Shown: positions 63,076 through 64,000 of the stretch, in pieces
How positions within the stretch are numbered: the stretch's first letter is position 1
Layout: every line of letters begins with the position of its first letter
DNA from: Octopus sinensis
Lineage: Eukaryota
Assembly: GCF_006345805.1 (NCBI RefSeq)
Contig: NC_043002.1
Location: 46,810,001-46,874,000, forward strand
Reading direction: 5' to 3'
Length of the DNA stretch: 64,000 bases
Position numbers and translations under genes: made by a program
Notes under the pieces: generated by a model
What the model was told of the DNA's origin: nothing
Databases searched by the model: none
The model's input: only the letters and a program-made list of their open reading frames with translations

Positions 63076-64000
63076 ATGACCCTCTCAGGAACAATGGGCA
63101 GCGAAGATGAGGGGACAGTAACAAGATGTGAAAGAAACTGTTTTGTAATCCTTCATCATAAGTTTCACTTTCATATAGATCAATGGTGCTCAATCTATTG
63201 ACTATGTAGAGCACAGAAAGACGAAACAAATATTTACTGGTATACTTCATACAGAAAGTTAATAATTACAGGTACATTTCATCACCATCATCATCACTAC
63301 CTTCTCTTCCTTCTACTTCTGAATATCCACTTTCCCATACTTGCATGGGTCAGATGAAATTTGTTGAGGCAGATTTTCTACAACCTTCACCTGTTTCCAA
63401 ACATGTTAGTATTTCTCTGTGGTTAGACATATTTTCATGGATGACTGGACACAAATAACACTGCCCTTAACATGGTGATACCTATTTACAACTATCATGC
63501 AACATCAAGATCAGGAGGTACAAACATGCACCCAAACACAGACACACACACAAATTACCAGCCCAGGTAATTTGAATCAAACCATGTGGTTGGAAACCAA
63601 ACTTCTATCCCACAGCCATGCCTGCACTTATGAAACAAAAATGAAATATTGAATAACATGGATATTCTAAAGCCTAAAATTATATTTCCAAAAATCTATG
63701 GGTTACCTAGTAGCACACCATTTAGGAACCACAGGTACAGAAAATATTGAGAATAAAATTGCAATCTGATAGAGCTTAGTCTTCTCTAAACTATTATGCA
63801 TCTAAGGTCAGAGATCATAGGAACAAAGTATCAACGAGGTAAATTACTCTGTTAGGAATCTCATCTGCATCACAATCTTAGTTTAATAGGAACTCACCAC
63901 TACATCCATACCAAAACAAAGTCATTAAAAATCCAATTTTAAAAATTCAATTATTACACACAGAATATGCTGATATTGAAACTTAAGTTTAAATATAACA

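Noticed and set aside
62172-64000. Next upstream myosin exon
   Set aside because: No minus-strand segment with myosin-like translation and a phase 0 donor was found; it probably lies beyond the window.
1-64000. CRISPR array, prokaryotic operon or U12-type introns
   Set aside because: No regularly spaced repeat-spacer array or long intronless ORFs; all reconstructed introns have ordinary GT-AG U2-type donors.

Overview
AT-rich, microsatellite- and SINE-dense animal genomic DNA; the repeat families suggest an octopus or other coleoid cephalopod (inference from family recognition, not from a search). The window lies inside one large minus-strand gene, an unconventional class I myosin of the MYO1C/Myo61F type. 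I reconstructed 18 consecutive GT-AG exons (62171 down to 765; 1780 nt = 593 codons + 1 nt, all splice phases consistent, no stops). They cover the second half of the motor domain, the converter, two IQ motifs and the start of the TH1 tail; both gene ends lie outside the window. Introns carry tRNA-type SINEs, 5'-truncated RTE and CR1-type LINEs, piggyBac/Tc1-mariner/hAT-type MITEs, a young non-autonomous Helitron and Penelope-like remnants. Main points for a second look: (1) a local inverted duplication bracketing the in-frame 72-nt exon at 60082-60153; (2) a roughly 10-kb CpG-retaining domain inside the 16.9-kb intron (15893-32788) with promoter-type motifs, plus-strand splice signals and two pre-miRNA-sized hairpins; (3) hammerhead-ribozyme relics in Penelope-like repeats, including a 470-bp palindrome with mirror-image copies. 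No prokaryotic features, CRISPR arrays, rRNA or intact tRNA genes were seen. Repeat boundaries are approximate unless a TSD/TIR is quoted.
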